The notes: a model not told the origin generated them from the sequence alone. 64,000 nt of DNA from an uncultured delta proteobacterium (GCA_963785725.1 CAWAWS010000016.1:1-64000), one strand, 5' to 3'. Counted from the first letter of the stretch, positions 32,879 to 44,122 are shown. Numbers and translations: made by a program.

Positions 32879-34309
32879 TTATTTCCCCGACTTCTCCGAC
32901 CGACCCGGCGCGTTCTTCCGCTTCATCTTCGGCGACTGCCCGCGCTCTTTGCACACGATGCGCACCGGCGTCCCGAACAAATCGAACTGCTCGCGCAGCT
33001 GATTCTGCAGATAACGCCGATACGAGAAGTGCACGCCGTCGGGATGATTGACCGACAGGATGAACGTCGGCGGCTTCGCCTGCGGCTGCTGGATGTAATA
33101 CAGCTTCACCGGATGCCCACGATACAGCGACGGCGGATGCTTCTCGACGATGCCTTCGAACCAGCGATTGAGCTGCCCCGTCGTCACGCGCTTCGTGTAC
33201 GCCGCGTACGCCGCCTGCACCGCGTCCAAGATGCGCTGCACGCCTTTGCCGGTCGTCGCCGACGCGAACACGACCTTGGCCCAGGGCACGAACTGCAGCT
33301 GCCGCTTCAAATCCTCGTGCAGCTTCTTCTGCTGGTCGGCGTCGATGAGATCGAGCTTGTTGAAGCAGATGACGAGCGCGCGCCCCGCTTCGTCGCACAT
33401 GCCGGCGACCTTGGCGTCCTGCTCGGCCAAGCCGTCGGCGGCGTCGACGACGAGCACGCACACATCGCAGCGACCGACGGCCTTCTCGGCCATCGCCACC
33501 GCGATCTTCTCCATCGGCTCCGAGATCTTGCTGCGCCGCCGAATGCCCGCGGTATCGATGAGCACGTAGCGTCGCCCGCCGAGCTCGACCGGCGTATCCA
33601 CCGGATCGCGCGTCGTGCCCGCCACCGAGTCGACGATGACGCGCTCCTCCCCGACGAAGCGATTGACCAGCGACGACTTGCCCGCGTTCGGTCGCCCGAC
33701 GAGCGCCATGCGAATCGGCCGCGTCGCGTCGTCTTCCTCTTCCGGCTGATCGATGATGCGCGGCGCGTTCGGCAGCGCGGCGACGATGCCGTCGCACAGC
33801 TCGTTGACGCCGCGGCCATGCTGCCCCGAAATCGGAAACACCGCATCGGCGCCGAGCGCGTACAGCTCCTGCGCATCGGCCTCACGGCGCGCGCTGTCGA
33901 CCTTGTTGGCCGCCCAAATGATCGGCTTGCCGGTCTTGCGCAGCGTCTTGATGGCGTCGCGATCCTGCGCCACGAGCCCGACTTGCGCGTCGATGACGAA
34001 GAGCACCAAGTCGGCTTCGCCGACGGCCTGCATCGCCTGCTGCAAGATGCCGCGCGCCAACGTCGCGTCGTTCGGCTTGGCCGCGCTCCAGTCGAGCCCG
34101 CCCGTGTCGACGACGCGGAAGAGCCGGCCGTCCCACTCGGCCTCGCCGTAGCGGCGATCGCGCGTCACGCCCGCCTCGTCCTCGACGATGGCGTCGTGGC
34201 CGCCGCACAACCGGTTGAATAGCGTCGACTTTCCGACGTTGGGCCGTCCGACGATGGCGACCAGCGGCCACGACTCGGACGCGCCCAGCTCATTGATGCG
34301 CGGGCTCAT
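32879..34309 (-). CDS. der: Ribosome biogenesis GTPase Der (EngA)
   Basis: Two P-loops (GRPNVGKS, GRPNAGKS), GVTRDRRY, DTGG/DTAG, C-terminal KH-like domain. Confidence 0.97.
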   Translation of the reverse strand: MSPRINELGASESWPLVAIVGRPNVGKSTLFNRLCGGHDAIVEDEAGVTRDRRYGEAEWDGRLFRVVDTGGLDWSAAKPNDATLARGILQQAMQAVGEADLVLFVIDAQVGLVAQDRDAIKTLRKTGKPIIWAANKVDSARREADAQELYALGADAVFPISGQHGRGVNELCDGIVAALPNAPRIIDQPEEEDDATRPIRMALVGRPNAGKSSLVNRFVGEERVIVDSVAGTTRDPVDTPVELGGRRYVLIDTAGIRRRSKISEPMEKIAVAMAEKAVGRCDVCVLVVDAADGLAEQDAKVAGMCDEAGRALVICFNKLDLIDADQQKKLHEDLKRQLQFVPWAKVVFASATTGKGVQRILDAVQAAYAAYTKRVTTGQLNRWFEGIVEKHPPSLYRGHPVKLYYIQQPQAKPPTFILSVNHPDGVHFSYRRYLQNQLREQFDLFGTPVRIVCKERGQSPKMKRKNAPGRSEKSGK

Positions 34310-35250
34310 TCTTCTCCGTACCCCAATTCGCGTAGCGTGCGCGCGCTCTCGGTCCAGCCTTCGTCGACGCGTACGAACAGCTTGAGATGCACGGGAATGG
34401 CCAGCAGTTGCGAAATCTCGTGGCGCGCGCGCGAGCCGATCTCGCGCACCATGCGGCCGCCTTCGCCGACGATCATGCGCTTGTGCGCCTCTTTGTCGAC
34501 GTGGATGGTGGCTTCGACCATCACGTCTTTGCCGCGCTCTTCCCAGGTGTCGATGCTGACGGCGCACGAATACGGCACCTCTTGGCGCGTCAACAAGAAC
34601 ACCTGCTCGCGGATGAACTCGGCGCCGATCCAGCGCTCGGCGCGATCGGTCAGCATCTCTTCCGGGAAGATCGCTTCGCCGATGGGCAGGAGCTTCGTCA
34701 GCTCGCCTTCGAGCCGTTCGACGTTGTCACCGTCTTTGGCCGAGATCGGAATGATCGCGCGCCACTCGTGCGCCGCCTGCAGCTTCTCCAGCACCGGCAA
34801 GAGCAGCGACTTATTGCGCAGCAAATCGACCTTGTTGATGACCAACACCGCCGGCTTCTTGGCGGCCTTGATCTCGTCGATGACATACTTCGTGGCGACG
34901 TCGATGCGGTAGCCTTCGGCCTCTTTGGCCGTCGGCGCCTCGACGATGGCGCAGATGCTGTCGACGTCGCCGAGCGCCTGCAGCGCCTCGCCGACCATGT
35001 ACGAGTTGAGCTTCGTGCGGCCGCGTCCGCTCGGGCGATGCAGGCCGGGCGTGTCGACGAGCACGAGCTGCGCGCCCGCGAAGTTACGGACGCCGACGAT
35101 GCGATTGCGCGTCGTCTGCGGGCGCGGCGTGGCGATGGCGATCTTCTCGCCGAGGATACGATTGAGCAGCGTCGACTTGCCGACGTTCGGCCGGCCGATG
35201 AGCGCGACGAAGCCCGCGCGGAATTCTTCGGGCGGCCGTTTTTTCACCAT
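34306..35250 (-). CDS. era: GTPase Era
   Basis: GFVALIGRPNVGKST, PQTTRNRI, DTPG, NKVD, QEVPYS, KH domain. Confidence 0.97.
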   Translation of the reverse strand: MVKKRPPEEFRAGFVALIGRPNVGKSTLLNRILGEKIAIATPRPQTTRNRIVGVRNFAGAQLVLVDTPGLHRPSGRGRTKLNSYMVGEALQALGDVDSICAIVEAPTAKEAEGYRIDVATKYVIDEIKAAKKPAVLVINKVDLLRNKSLLLPVLEKLQAAHEWRAIIPISAKDGDNVERLEGELTKLLPIGEAIFPEEMLTDRAERWIGAEFIREQVFLLTRQEVPYSCAVSIDTWEERGKDVMVEATIHVDKEAHKRMIVGEGGRMVREIGSRARHEISQLLAIPVHLKLFVRVDEGWTESARTLRELGYGEE

Positions 35251-35338
35251 GGCGCGCCCTTCTACCACGCAATGACGTGAGTGACCATGGCCGCTTGTGG
35301 GTCTGTGGCCTAACCCATAAGATGGTGCGCGGAGGTGA

Positions 35339-35839
35339 TTGGTGGCCGTAGCTGCGTTGGTCCTGGGCATCATCGGTATCGTTTTCAGCTGGTTTCCCGC
35401 CGTTATCGTCGGCGTTCCCTTGGCCATCATCGGCCTCATCCTGTCGATCGTCGCGCGCAAGAACGCCGTCGCCAACGGGCAGCCGACCGGCATGGCGACC
35501 GCCGGCCTCGTGGTCAGCATCATCGGCATCGCGTTCGCGACGGTGACCACGATCGCGTGCGTCTCCTGCTTCGCCAAGATGGACAAGAAGATGCAGGATC
35601 CGGCGTTCCGCGAGCAGCTGCGGCAGCAGCAAGAGGACTTCCGCAAGTCGCAGCAGCAGAGCGACCGCGAGTTCAACGACGCGTTCAAGAACGCCGTCGA
35701 CCACACGCAGAAGCCGGGACCGGGCGCCACGACCGTGCCGGCGCCCGCGGCCAACGCCGGCGCCATGCCGGCGCCGCTCGGCGACGCGCCGCCCGCCAAG
35801 CCGGCGCCCGCGCTGCCGCCGAGCCAGCCGCAAAAATAG
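35339..35839 (+). CDS. Membrane protein (DUF4190-like) with Pro-rich tail
   Basis: VAALVLGIIGI ... GMATAGLVVSIIG; three TM segments. Confidence 0.7.
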   Translation: MVAVAALVLGIIGIVFSWFPAVIVGVPLAIIGLILSIVARKNAVANGQPTGMATAGLVVSIIGIAFATVTTIACVSCFAKMDKKMQDPAFREQLRQQQEDFRKSQQQSDREFNDAFKNAVDHTQKPGPGATTVPAPAANAGAMPAPLGDAPPAKPAPALPPSQPQK

Positions 35840-35855
35840 CCGCAAAAATAGCCGC

Positions 35856-36614
35856 ATGCATCCCGAGCTCGCTCGCTTCACCGCATTCGGCGTCGAACGA
35901 GCGATCTATTCCTACGGAGTCTTCGTCCTCCTCGGCGTCGCCAGCGGTCTCACCATTGCCGTCTGGCGTGCCCGCGGCGAGCAGCTCCTGCGCTTCGACG
36001 TGCTCGCCGCCGGCCTCTTCGCGGTCGCCGGCGGCCTCGTCGGCGGCGTCCTCCTCTACATCGCGGTGCACGTGCCGCTCTTCGTCGCCGATCCGGGGCT
36101 GTTGTTGCAGCCGGGCCTCGTCTTTTACGGCGGGCTCATCGGCGGCGCCGGCGCGGCCGCGCTCTACTGTCGCGGCTACGCCGTGCCGTTGCCGCGCGTC
36201 GCCGACGCCGCCGCGCCCGGCCTGGCGTTCGGCCACGCGCTCGGCCGCGTCGGCTGCTTGCTCGGCGGTTGCTGCTACGGCCGCGTCGTCGCGCCGTCGT
36301 TCCCTCTCGCCGTCGAGCTCGCCGGCGCCACCCGCCATCCCGTGCAGCTCTACGAAGCGGCCGGCCTCCTCGTCATCGCCGCCGTGACCTCGCTCTTGCC
36401 GCGGCAACACAAGGGCGCCATCTTTACGGTGTATCTCGGCCTCTACGCCGTCTTGCGCCTGGCCACCGAGCGCTTTCGCGGGGACGACTTCGAACGCAGC
36501 GCCATCGTGCGCGGCTCGTCGACGTCGCAGCTCATCGCCGCCGTCATGCTCGTCGCTGCCGTCGCGCTCGTCTTTCACCTGTATCGGCCTTCGAATCGGA
36601 AAGGAGCGGCCTAA
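35856..36614 (+). CDS. lgt: Prolipoprotein diacylglyceryl transferase family
   Basis: YSYG, GLVFYGG, GRVGCLLGGCCYG, RHPVQLYE, ERFRGD. Confidence 0.8.
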   Translation: MHPELARFTAFGVERAIYSYGVFVLLGVASGLTIAVWRARGEQLLRFDVLAAGLFAVAGGLVGGVLLYIAVHVPLFVADPGLLLQPGLVFYGGLIGGAGAAALYCRGYAVPLPRVADAAAPGLAFGHALGRVGCLLGGCCYGRVVAPSFPLAVELAGATRHPVQLYEAAGLLVIAAVTSLLPRQHKGAIFTVYLGLYAVLRLATERFRGDDFERSAIVRGSSTSQLIAAVMLVAAVALVFHLYRPSNRKGAA

Positions 36615-38353
36615 ATGGACGAAGGGAATCCCTCGAGCTTCGGCAAGAGCCTCTACTTTGGTCACATTCCCGAGGCGCTGGTCGTGCCTTATCCGGCGAT
36701 CGATCCCGATGAGCGCTCGAATCTCCAGCTCATCCTCGACTCGTTCAACAAGTTCGCCCACGCGCAGATCGACTCGCGCAAGATCGACGAGGACGGCAAG
36801 CTGCCTCGGGCCGTGCTCGACGGCATGAAGCAGCTCGGCCTGTTCGGCCTCGCCATTCCCGAGGAATACGGCGGTCTCGGCCTCAGCGTCACCGGCTATG
36901 CGCGCGCCATGCAGTCGATTGCCGCCGTCGACGGCTCGATCGCGGTCACCATCGGCGGCCATCAATCGATCGGCTGCAAAGGGCTCATCCTCTTCGGCAA
37001 CGACGCGCAAAAGCAGAAGTACCTGCCGCGCTTGGCGACGGGCGAAATGGTGGCGGCGTTCGCGCTCACCGAGCCCGGCTCGGGCTCCGACGCGGCGTCG
37101 ATCAAGACGCGCGCCGTCGTGCAGCCCGATGGCAGCTTCGTCTTGAACGGCAACAAGATTTGGATCACCAACGGCGGCATCGCCGACTTCTTCACCGTCT
37201 TCGCGCAGTGCGAGGTCGAGCGCGACGGCCAGAAGAAAGATCGCATCACCGCGTTCCTCGTCGAGCGCAGCTTCGGCGTCAAGAACGGCCCCGAAGAGCA
37301 CAAGCTCGGCATCAAAGGCTCGTCGACGACCGCGCTCTACTTGGAGGACGTGCGCGTGCCCGCGGAGAACGTGCTCGGCGCGGTCGGCGGCGGCTTCAAA
37401 GTGGCGATGGGCATCCTCAACAACGGCCGCCTCGGCATCGGCTCGGGCTCGGTCGGCGCCGCGCAAACGGTCCTCAAGCTCGCGCTCGCGCACGCCACGA
37501 CGCGCCGGCAATTCGGGCGCAACATCTCCGAATTCGGCCTCATCAAAGACAAGGTCGCGCGCATCATGATGGAGATTTACGCGGCCGAATCGATGGTCTA
37601 CTTGACGACCGGCCTCATCGATCGCGGCATCGAGGACTACTCGGTCGAGAGCGCCTGCTGCAAGGTCTACGGCTCCGAGATGTTGTGGCGCGTCGTCAAC
37701 GAATGCCTGCAGATCGCCGCCGGCATGGGCTACATGAAGGAATATCCGTTCGAGCGCCTGCTGCGCGACGCGCGCATCAACCTCATCTTCGAAGGCACCA
37801 ACGAGATCCTGCGCTGCTTCATCGCGCTGTCAGGCATGCAAGGGCCGGGCGATCGCTTGGCGCAGCTGGCCGACGCCATCAAGTTCCCGCTCAAGGGCTA
37901 CGGCCTCGTGGCCGACTTCTTCGTCGACAAGATCAAGACGCAATATTACGGCGGCGAGCGCCTCGAGCACATTCACCCGTCGCTGAAGAAAGAGGCGGTG
38001 ATGTTCGAGGATTGGGTGCCGGAGCTGGCCAAGAACGTCGAGAAGGTGCTGCGCAAGCACGGCAAGAACATCTCCGAGATGCAGTACGTGCAGCAGCGCG
38101 TGGCCGACGTCGTCATCGATCTCTTCATGATGGTGGCGGTCATGTCGCGGGCGACGGCGGCGCTCAACGCGCACGGCCCGGCGGCCGAGCGCGAGGCCAA
38201 GCTGTGCCGCGCGATCTGCGGGCGCGCCGCCCATCGCATCAAGCAGAACATTCGCCGCTTCGACGACAACGACGACGAGCTGCTGCAAGAGCATCGCCAA
38301 GGACGCCTACGACGCCATGGCGCTACGACCACGACGTCGTCCTCGAAGACTAA
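36615..38353 (+). CDS. Acyl-CoA dehydrogenase (VLCAD/ACAD9-like), frameshift near the 3' end
   Basis: AFALTEPGSGSDA, NGNKIWITNG, KLGIKGSST, RDARINLIFEGTNEI. Confidence 0.92.
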
Positions 38354-38359
38354 GCAGCG

Positions 38360-39255
38360 CTAAGCGCTCGCGACGACGAAGTCGACGAACGCGCGCACCT
38401 TGGCCGGCGGCTGATGCCGCGACGGATAGTAGACGTAGAGCGGAAAGCGCTCGTCGGCCCACGCCGGAAACAGCTCGACGAGGCCGTGCTGGCCGAGCGC
38501 TTGAGCTCCAGCTCGAGCGGCTGCGCGATGCCGTGACCGGCGATGCACGCCGCCAGCTGCGTCGCGCTGTCGTTCACCGTCAGCCGGCCGTGGACCGCCA
38601 CGCGCACGCGCTTCCTGCGCCTGGTGAAACTCCCATTCGAACGGCCGCCCCGTCGCTGGATTGCGAAAGAGGATGCACTCGTGGCTGCGCAAGCTCGCGC
38701 GGCTGTCGCGGAGTCCCGTGCCGCTCTGAGTATATGCCGCGAGGCGCAGGTCATGACGCGCGTCTCCAAGAGCTTGCGCATGATGAGCGTCGACGGCAGC
38801 GGCTCGCCGAAGCGAATGGCCGCGTCGAGCCCATCGGCCACGAGATCTCCCGGCTGCTCGCGCACCACCAGCTCCAGCGACAGCGCCGGATAGCGCGCCA
38901 AGAACGCCGCCGCGCGCGGTCCCATGAGCACGCGCGCGCCGAGCGCGTCGATGGCCACACGCAGCGTGCCTTTGGGCGTCGTCGAGGCGTCGGCGGCCTC
39001 GGCAGCAGCGTCGGCGAGGCCGGCCAAGAGTGGTCCGACCTTTTCGTAGAAGGCGCGCCCGTCCTCGGTCAACGTCACGGCGCGCGCGCTCCGCTGCAAC
39101 AGGCGCACGCCCACTTCGGCCTCGAGGCGCGCGATGGCGCGGCTGACGCCCGACTGCGTGAGGCCGAGCGCCTCGGCCGCGCGCACGAAGGTCCCCGCCT
39201 CGACGACAGCGACGAGGACGCCGACTCCGTTGAGGATGCGCGTGTCGAAGGCCAT
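38360..39255 (-). CDS. LysR family regulator, frameshifted
   Basis: GTFVRAAEALGLTQSGVSRAIARLE ... LLQRSARAVTLTEDG; C-terminal PPAKVRAFVDF in another frame. Confidence 0.85.
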
Positions 39256-39347
39256 GGCGCCGTCCGGCAACGTCGCACGCCGTGACCCCCAGCTCAAGCA
39301 GCGACGGCAGTTGCGTGCGCGGCCGTACGACCGTATAAGCAGCGTCC

Positions 39348-40778
39348 ATGGCCGCCGGACGTTTTGCACGCGCGTTTTTCTTCCTGCTCGACGGCGCGCG
39401 CACCGATATCTTCGAAGAGCAGCTCGCCCGCGGCGATCTGCCCAACATCGCGCGCTACATGGTCGAGCCCGGCGGCTATCGCCCGGCCACGACCGTGTTT
39501 CCATCGGTCACCGGCGTCGCGTACATCCCGTATTTGACCGGCATGTTCCCCGGCCGCGCCAACATCCCCGGCTATCGCTGGTTCGATCGCGATCGTTATC
39601 AAAAGCGCCCGCTGTCGATGATGCGCTTCCGCAACTACCACGGCCTCGGCTCCTACTTGATGGACCGCGATCTGGCGAAGTCGGCGGTGACGCTCTTCGA
39701 GCTGCTCAAGCCGTCGTCGAACATCTTCAGCGGCATCTCGCGCGGCACCGGCTTTCGCCGCAACGCCGCCTACTTCCGTCGCGTCCCCGCCGCGCTCAAG
39801 TTCTTCCGCACCGGCGACTGGGACGAGATCGACGAAGCCGGCGAGCGCTTCTTGTTGCGCGCCGCCAACCGCAAGCGCGAAGTCTTCACCTTCCACACCA
39901 CCTACTCCATCGACGAGTATTCGCACCATCACGGCCCATTCTCCGACCGCGCCCGCGCTCGCTACGGCGAGTTCGATCGCGTCTTCGGCCGGCTCGTGTC
40001 CAGCTTGCGCGCGAGCGGTCAGCTCGAGTCGTCGCTGCTCATGCTCGGCGCCGATCACGGCCACACCGAGGTCAAGGCGCACTTCGACCTCGAGGGCTTC
40101 TTCGAGCGCCGCGGCTTTCGTACACTGTACTATCCGAAGCAGGTCAGCCGCTGGCTCGGCGCCGACGCCGCCGTCATGGTCGCCGGCAACGGCGTCGGCC
40201 ACGTCTACCTGCGCGGCCCCGACAAGTGGACCGCGCGCCCCGCCGCCGACGAGCACTTGGCGCGCCACCCGTCGATGATGGACGACCTGCTCGCCAACGA
40301 CGCCATCGACCACATCGTCTACCGCGGCCAAGACGGCGTCGAAGTGCGGTCACGACGAGGCCGCGCCAGCATCAAGCTCGAGGACGGCAACGTCCGCTAT
40401 CGCGTCGACGGCAACGATCCCTTCGGCTACGGCCCGCTGCCGGAGACGATGTCGCGCGCCGAAATCCTCACGCGCACCGCCGACAGCGACTATCCCGACG
40501 CGCCGCTGCAGGTGGCGCAGCTGTTCGACTCGCCGCGCGCCGGCGACTTCGTCATCTCGGCCGCGCCCGGCTTCGACTTGCGCGCCGGCCACGCCGAGCG
40601 CGTCGAGATGCGCTCCTGCCACGGCTCCTTGCACCGCGAGCACATGCGGGTCCCGTTCTGCGTCAACGCGCCGACGGTGGCGCGCACGCCGCGCTCGGTC
40701 GACGCCTTCCCGACCATCCTCGAGCTGCTCGGCAGGCCCACGCCCGACGGCATCGACGGCCGCACGCTCCTCGCGTAA
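39348..40778 (+). CDS. Alkaline phosphatase superfamily (nucleotide pyrophosphatase/phosphodiesterase-like)
   Basis: LLDGAR, TVFPSVT, DEYSHHHG, ADHG, CHGSLH. Confidence 0.85.
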   Translation: MAAGRFARAFFFLLDGARTDIFEEQLARGDLPNIARYMVEPGGYRPATTVFPSVTGVAYIPYLTGMFPGRANIPGYRWFDRDRYQKRPLSMMRFRNYHGLGSYLMDRDLAKSAVTLFELLKPSSNIFSGISRGTGFRRNAAYFRRVPAALKFFRTGDWDEIDEAGERFLLRAANRKREVFTFHTTYSIDEYSHHHGPFSDRARARYGEFDRVFGRLVSSLRASGQLESSLLMLGADHGHTEVKAHFDLEGFFERRGFRTLYYPKQVSRWLGADAAVMVAGNGVGHVYLRGPDKWTARPAADEHLARHPSMMDDLLANDAIDHIVYRGQDGVEVRSRRGRASIKLEDGNVRYRVDGNDPFGYGPLPETMSRAEILTRTADSDYPDAPLQVAQLFDSPRAGDFVISAAPGFDLRAGHAERVEMRSCHGSLHREHMRVPFCVNAPTVARTPRSVDAFPTILELLGRPTPDGIDGRTLLA

Positions 40779-40798
40779 TCGTCACTCGCCGTAAGCGT

Positions 40799-40912
40799 TC
40801 AGCGCGCCAGCCAGGACGCGAGCCCGACGGCCAGCGCCGAGGCGAGCGTGCCGGCCAGCGCCGTCGTCAGGAGCAGTTGCAGGGTCGCGCGGTGCATCAT
40901 CATCGACTTCAT
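40799..40912 (-). CDS. Possible small single-TM peptide
   Basis: MKSMMMHRATLQLLLTTALAGTLASALAVGLASWLAR; hydrophobic, no other support. Confidence 0.3.
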   Translation of the reverse strand: MKSMMMHRATLQLLLTTALAGTLASALAVGLASWLAR

Positions 40913-41067
40913 GTTGTCGAGGAGACGGACAGCCGCCCACGTTGTCGCAGCCTGCGCGACCGCCGAACGCACGATTTCGTGATTTTTTGCGCTGGCGCTT
41001 GAAGAGACTAGCGAGAGCGCGCCATCCCTCGTACGCGATCGCGACGGGAATGAGCGCGTAGAGGCGG

Positions 41068-41742
41068 TTACTTCTTGGCGGGAGCAGCCGGCGCCGGCGC
41101 GGCCGGCGGCGGCGTCGCGCCCGGGATCGGCGCCGAGATGTCCAGCTTGGGCTTGGCGTCCGCGCCCGCGGCCGTCAACACCGCTTCGGCGCCGCGCGAG
41201 TCGGCCATCTTCACCATGCCCGTCGGCACGGCCTTGTCGCTCATCCAGACGTCGATGGTCGTGCCCTGCGGCGTGTTGGCGTCGGTCGGCAGCTGCTTCT
41301 GGTAGTGCTTGCACGAGTAGCTGCCCACGGCCGTCTTGATCTGCTCGGTGCCGATGAGCTTGCCGAAGACATCGCCCTTCTTGATGCCGCCCTGCGACAG
41401 CTGCGCCGCCGGCATGTCCTGCGCGTTGGAGCCGATCTGCATGCGCGCCTTGACCAGCTTCCACGTGTCGGCGCCTTCGGGCTCGTAGGCCATGTGCAGC
41501 AGCACCGGGCCCATCGGCGTCACCGAATCGATCTCGTACGCCGCCGACTTGTCGCTCTTGGCGACGAGCGCGTACTTCATCTTGATCGTCTGCGGCTGGC
41601 CTTTGGCCGTCATCGTATATTCCGACCACTGCCCGGCCTTGCTCTTGGCCAGCGCGTCGTAGGAGATGGGATTTTGCTGCTGGGCGCCGGCGACGCCGGC
41701 AAAACAGGTCACGGCAAGGAAGGCAAGCAGTGTACGCATCAT
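41068..41742 (-). CDS. Secreted hypothetical protein
   Basis: Signal peptide; GQWSEY, EQIKTAVGSYSCKHY, VWMSDKAVPTGMVK. Confidence 0.75.
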   Translation of the reverse strand: MMRTLLAFLAVTCFAGVAGAQQQNPISYDALAKSKAGQWSEYTMTAKGQPQTIKMKYALVAKSDKSAAYEIDSVTPMGPVLLHMAYEPEGADTWKLVKARMQIGSNAQDMPAAQLSQGGIKKGDVFGKLIGTEQIKTAVGSYSCKHYQKQLPTDANTPQGTTIDVWMSDKAVPTGMVKMADSRGAEAVLTAAGADAKPKLDISAPIPGATPPPAAPAPAAPAKK

Positions 41743-41778
41743 CGGCTCCTTAACTTGGCGCCGTGTATAGCACGTACG

Positions 41779-42345
41779 CTACTCGAGCGATTCTTCTTTG
41801 CGCCGCTTGGCTTCACGCAGCTCGTCGGCCACCGGACCCGACCCGATCGTCGCCGCCGCCTTGTCGAGCAGCGCGATATCCTCCTCGGTCCGCGTGCGCA
41901 ACGCATCGTGCGCGCCCTTGAAGTGCTCGAAGAAGTCGACCAGCTGATCGCCTTTGCGCAGGTTGTAGACGATGCCCAGCTTGCCGTCGCGCATCTTGTC
42001 GAGGTGGTTCGTGATCTTGTAGAGCGGACCGGCCACTTTGTGCGTCAGCATGATGCCGTAGACGGCCATCACGATCGACAGCACGAAGCCGAACGCGATC
42101 AGGATGAGCATGAGGATGCGATCGCTATGCGCGAACTGGCGGGCCAGCTCTTGCGCCAGCTGATTGTCGGGATCCATGGCCTGCACGGAGACGAGCCGCG
42201 ACGCTTCACGCGCCTTGGACATCACGAAATAGCCGAGCCCGCCCGTCAAAATCGCCGCCAGCAAGACGATGACCGCCGTGAACCGCAGCTGATATTGCGA
42301 GTTCAAGAGGTAGTTGCGGAGGCTGCGTTTATAGCCCTGAGGCAT
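41779..42345 (-). CDS. Two-TM membrane protein with HAMP-like segment
   Basis: THKVAGPLYKI ... LRKGDQLVDF. Confidence 0.75.
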   Translation of the reverse strand: MPQGYKRSLRNYLLNSQYQLRFTAVIVLLAAILTGGLGYFVMSKAREASRLVSVQAMDPDNQLAQELARQFAHSDRILMLILIAFGFVLSIVMAVYGIMLTHKVAGPLYKITNHLDKMRDGKLGIVYNLRKGDQLVDFFEHFKGAHDALRTRTEEDIALLDKAAATIGSGPVADELREAKRRKEESLE

Positions 42346-42355
42346 TGACCGCTCC

Positions 42356-43183
42356 TTATTCCTGCGTCCGTAAGAACTTGCCCACGTCGTCGCGCACCGC
42401 CTCCGCCGCCGCGCCCAGACAGTCGCGCTTGCCGCTGTCCGCTTCCGACGGCCCCGAGCCGGCCGTCAGTGACGCGCCCTCTTGCGTGATCATCTTGATC
42501 GACTTGTCGGGGAAGGTGGCGACGACGGCCTTGAGCCCGCAGTCGATCTGCTGACCGCCGGCCGCCGGCGTGGCTGCGAGCTGCTGGATGTTGACGTCGA
42601 TCATGAAGCCGGTCAGATGACGCGACGACAGCGCCGCCTTCGACGGCGCACCGCCGGCGACGGTCAACGTCACCGTCGACAGCTTCTGCAGCTCACGTTG
42701 CAGCGCCTCTTTGACCATGCGCGCCGCCTGCGGATCGGCGCGACCCAAGATGTCGATGGCGACGTAAAAACGCGCGCCCGCACGCGGCTCGGGCGTCGTC
42801 GCCGGTCCGCCGCCGCCCGCGCCGGCGATGAGCTCGAGCGCCTTCTTCGCCTGCGTCTTGACGAAGTCGGAGCTGTCGTTCGTCGCCGACTGCATGAGCG
42901 CGTTGGCGGCCGATTTGTCGTTCATGCGCCCGAGCGACGTCGCGGCCACGCCGCGCACCGTCTCGTTCTCGTCGTGCAGCGCCTGAATCAAGGCCGGCAC
43001 GGCGCGCTTGTCGTTGAGCTTGCCGAGCACGAGCGCCGCCTGAACGCGGACTTTGTACGACGGGTCCTGCATGAGCGCGCGGGTCAGATCGTCGACCTTG
43101 TCCGCGTGCGCCGGCGACGACCACGCGAGCGTCAACGCCGACAAGAGCGCCACCAATGCCAGCCGAGATGAGCGGGTCCACAT
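42356..43183 (-). CDS. Secreted HEAT-repeat protein
   Basis: DPSYKVRVQAALVLGK, AVPALIQALHDENETVRGVAATSLG. Confidence 0.85.
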   Translation of the reverse strand: MWTRSSRLALVALLSALTLAWSSPAHADKVDDLTRALMQDPSYKVRVQAALVLGKLNDKRAVPALIQALHDENETVRGVAATSLGRMNDKSAANALMQSATNDSSDFVKTQAKKALELIAGAGGGGPATTPEPRAGARFYVAIDILGRADPQAARMVKEALQRELQKLSTVTLTVAGGAPSKAALSSRHLTGFMIDVNIQQLAATPAAGGQQIDCGLKAVVATFPDKSIKMITQEGASLTAGSGPSEADSGKRDCLGAAAEAVRDDVGKFLRTQE

Positions 43184-43217
43184 GACGCCGCTTTCGATTT
43201 TACATCAGCTGCGTTAC

Positions 43218-43760
43218 TTATTTCCAGTCGGGATCTTCAGCGTACTTCTGCGCGAGCTCGACATAGTTGCTCGCCGAGGCCTCCAGCCACTGCAATTCCT
43301 CGTCGGTGAGCGGCCGTTTCGGGCGCGCCGGCGAGCCGACCGCCAGGTGGCCGGGCGGAATCTTCGTCCCCGGCGTCACCAGCGCGCCGGCGCCGACGAT
43401 GCAGCGCTCGCCGATGACCGCTTGGTCGAGGATGACGGCGCCCATGCCGATGATGCACGAGTCGCCGACGGTACAGCCGTGCAGCGTGACCGAGTGGCCG
43501 ATGGTGACCTTGTTGCCCACCTGCGTCGCGTGCTGGCCGTGGGTGACGTGGATGACGGCGTTGTCCTGGATCGACGTGTCGGCGCCGATGCGGATGTGGA
43601 AGACGTCGCCGCGCAAGACCGCGCCGAACCACACGCTCGAGCGCGCGCCGATGCTGACGTCGCCGATGACGGTGGCGTTGTCGGCGATGAACGCCGTCGG
43701 ATCGACCGCCGGTCGCTTGCCATCAAAGCCGCGGACGAGGCCGCGATGCAGCTTGCTCAT
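43218..43760 (-). CDS. Gamma carbonic anhydrase family (hexapeptide repeat)
   Basis: VIGDVSIG, VLRGD, IQDNAVIH, TIGHSVTLHGC. Confidence 0.92.
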   Translation of the reverse strand: MSKLHRGLVRGFDGKRPAVDPTAFIADNATVIGDVSIGARSSVWFGAVLRGDVFHIRIGADTSIQDNAVIHVTHGQHATQVGNKVTIGHSVTLHGCTVGDSCIIGMGAVILDQAVIGERCIVGAGALVTPGTKIPPGHLAVGSPARPKRPLTDEELQWLEASASNYVELAQKYAEDPDWK

Positions 43761-44122
43761 GCTCTCGTATTAACGCGGAGGATGAGGCGATGGTAGCCGT
43801 AAAATGCAGCGGCGCCGAGGCTACTGCCGACGAGATCGGCGGTCATGTCGCCGACGTCGTTGCCGGAGCGGCCGGGGACGAACGTCTGGTGGTACTCGTC
43901 AGCGACGCCGAACGCGAAGGCGAGCGCGATCGCGAGCCACCAGCGCCGCAGACCGAGCGCGTTCGTCACGAGAAACGCCAGGCCCGCGTACTCGATGGCG
44001 TGCAGCACTTTGTCGTAGCGCATGAACCACCAGCGCGGCAGCTGATGGCCGGTCTTCGACGAGAGGTAAAAGATGAGCGCGGCGTAAGGAAGGACGAGAA
44101 GCCAGCGCTTCACATCTTCCAC
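43757..44122 (-). CDS. VanZ family protein
   Basis: IFYLSS, DKVLHAIEY, DEYHQTFVPGR. Confidence 0.88.
   Translation of the reverse strand: MEDVKRWLLVLPYAALIFYLSSKTGHQLPRWWFMRYDKVLHAIEYAGLAFLVTNALGLRRWWLAIALAFAFGVADEYHQTFVPGRSGNDVGDMTADLVGSSLGAAAFYGYHRLILRVNTRA

Noticed and set aside
35826..35856. 12-bp tandem duplication AGCCGCAAAAAT before lgt as an insertion target-site duplication
   Set aside because: No element lies between the copies; simple slippage suffices.
38280..38760. Programmed frameshifts or pseudogenes in the acyl-CoA dehydrogenase tail and LysR
   Set aside because: Clustered single-base indels without slippery sites are better explained by long-read error.
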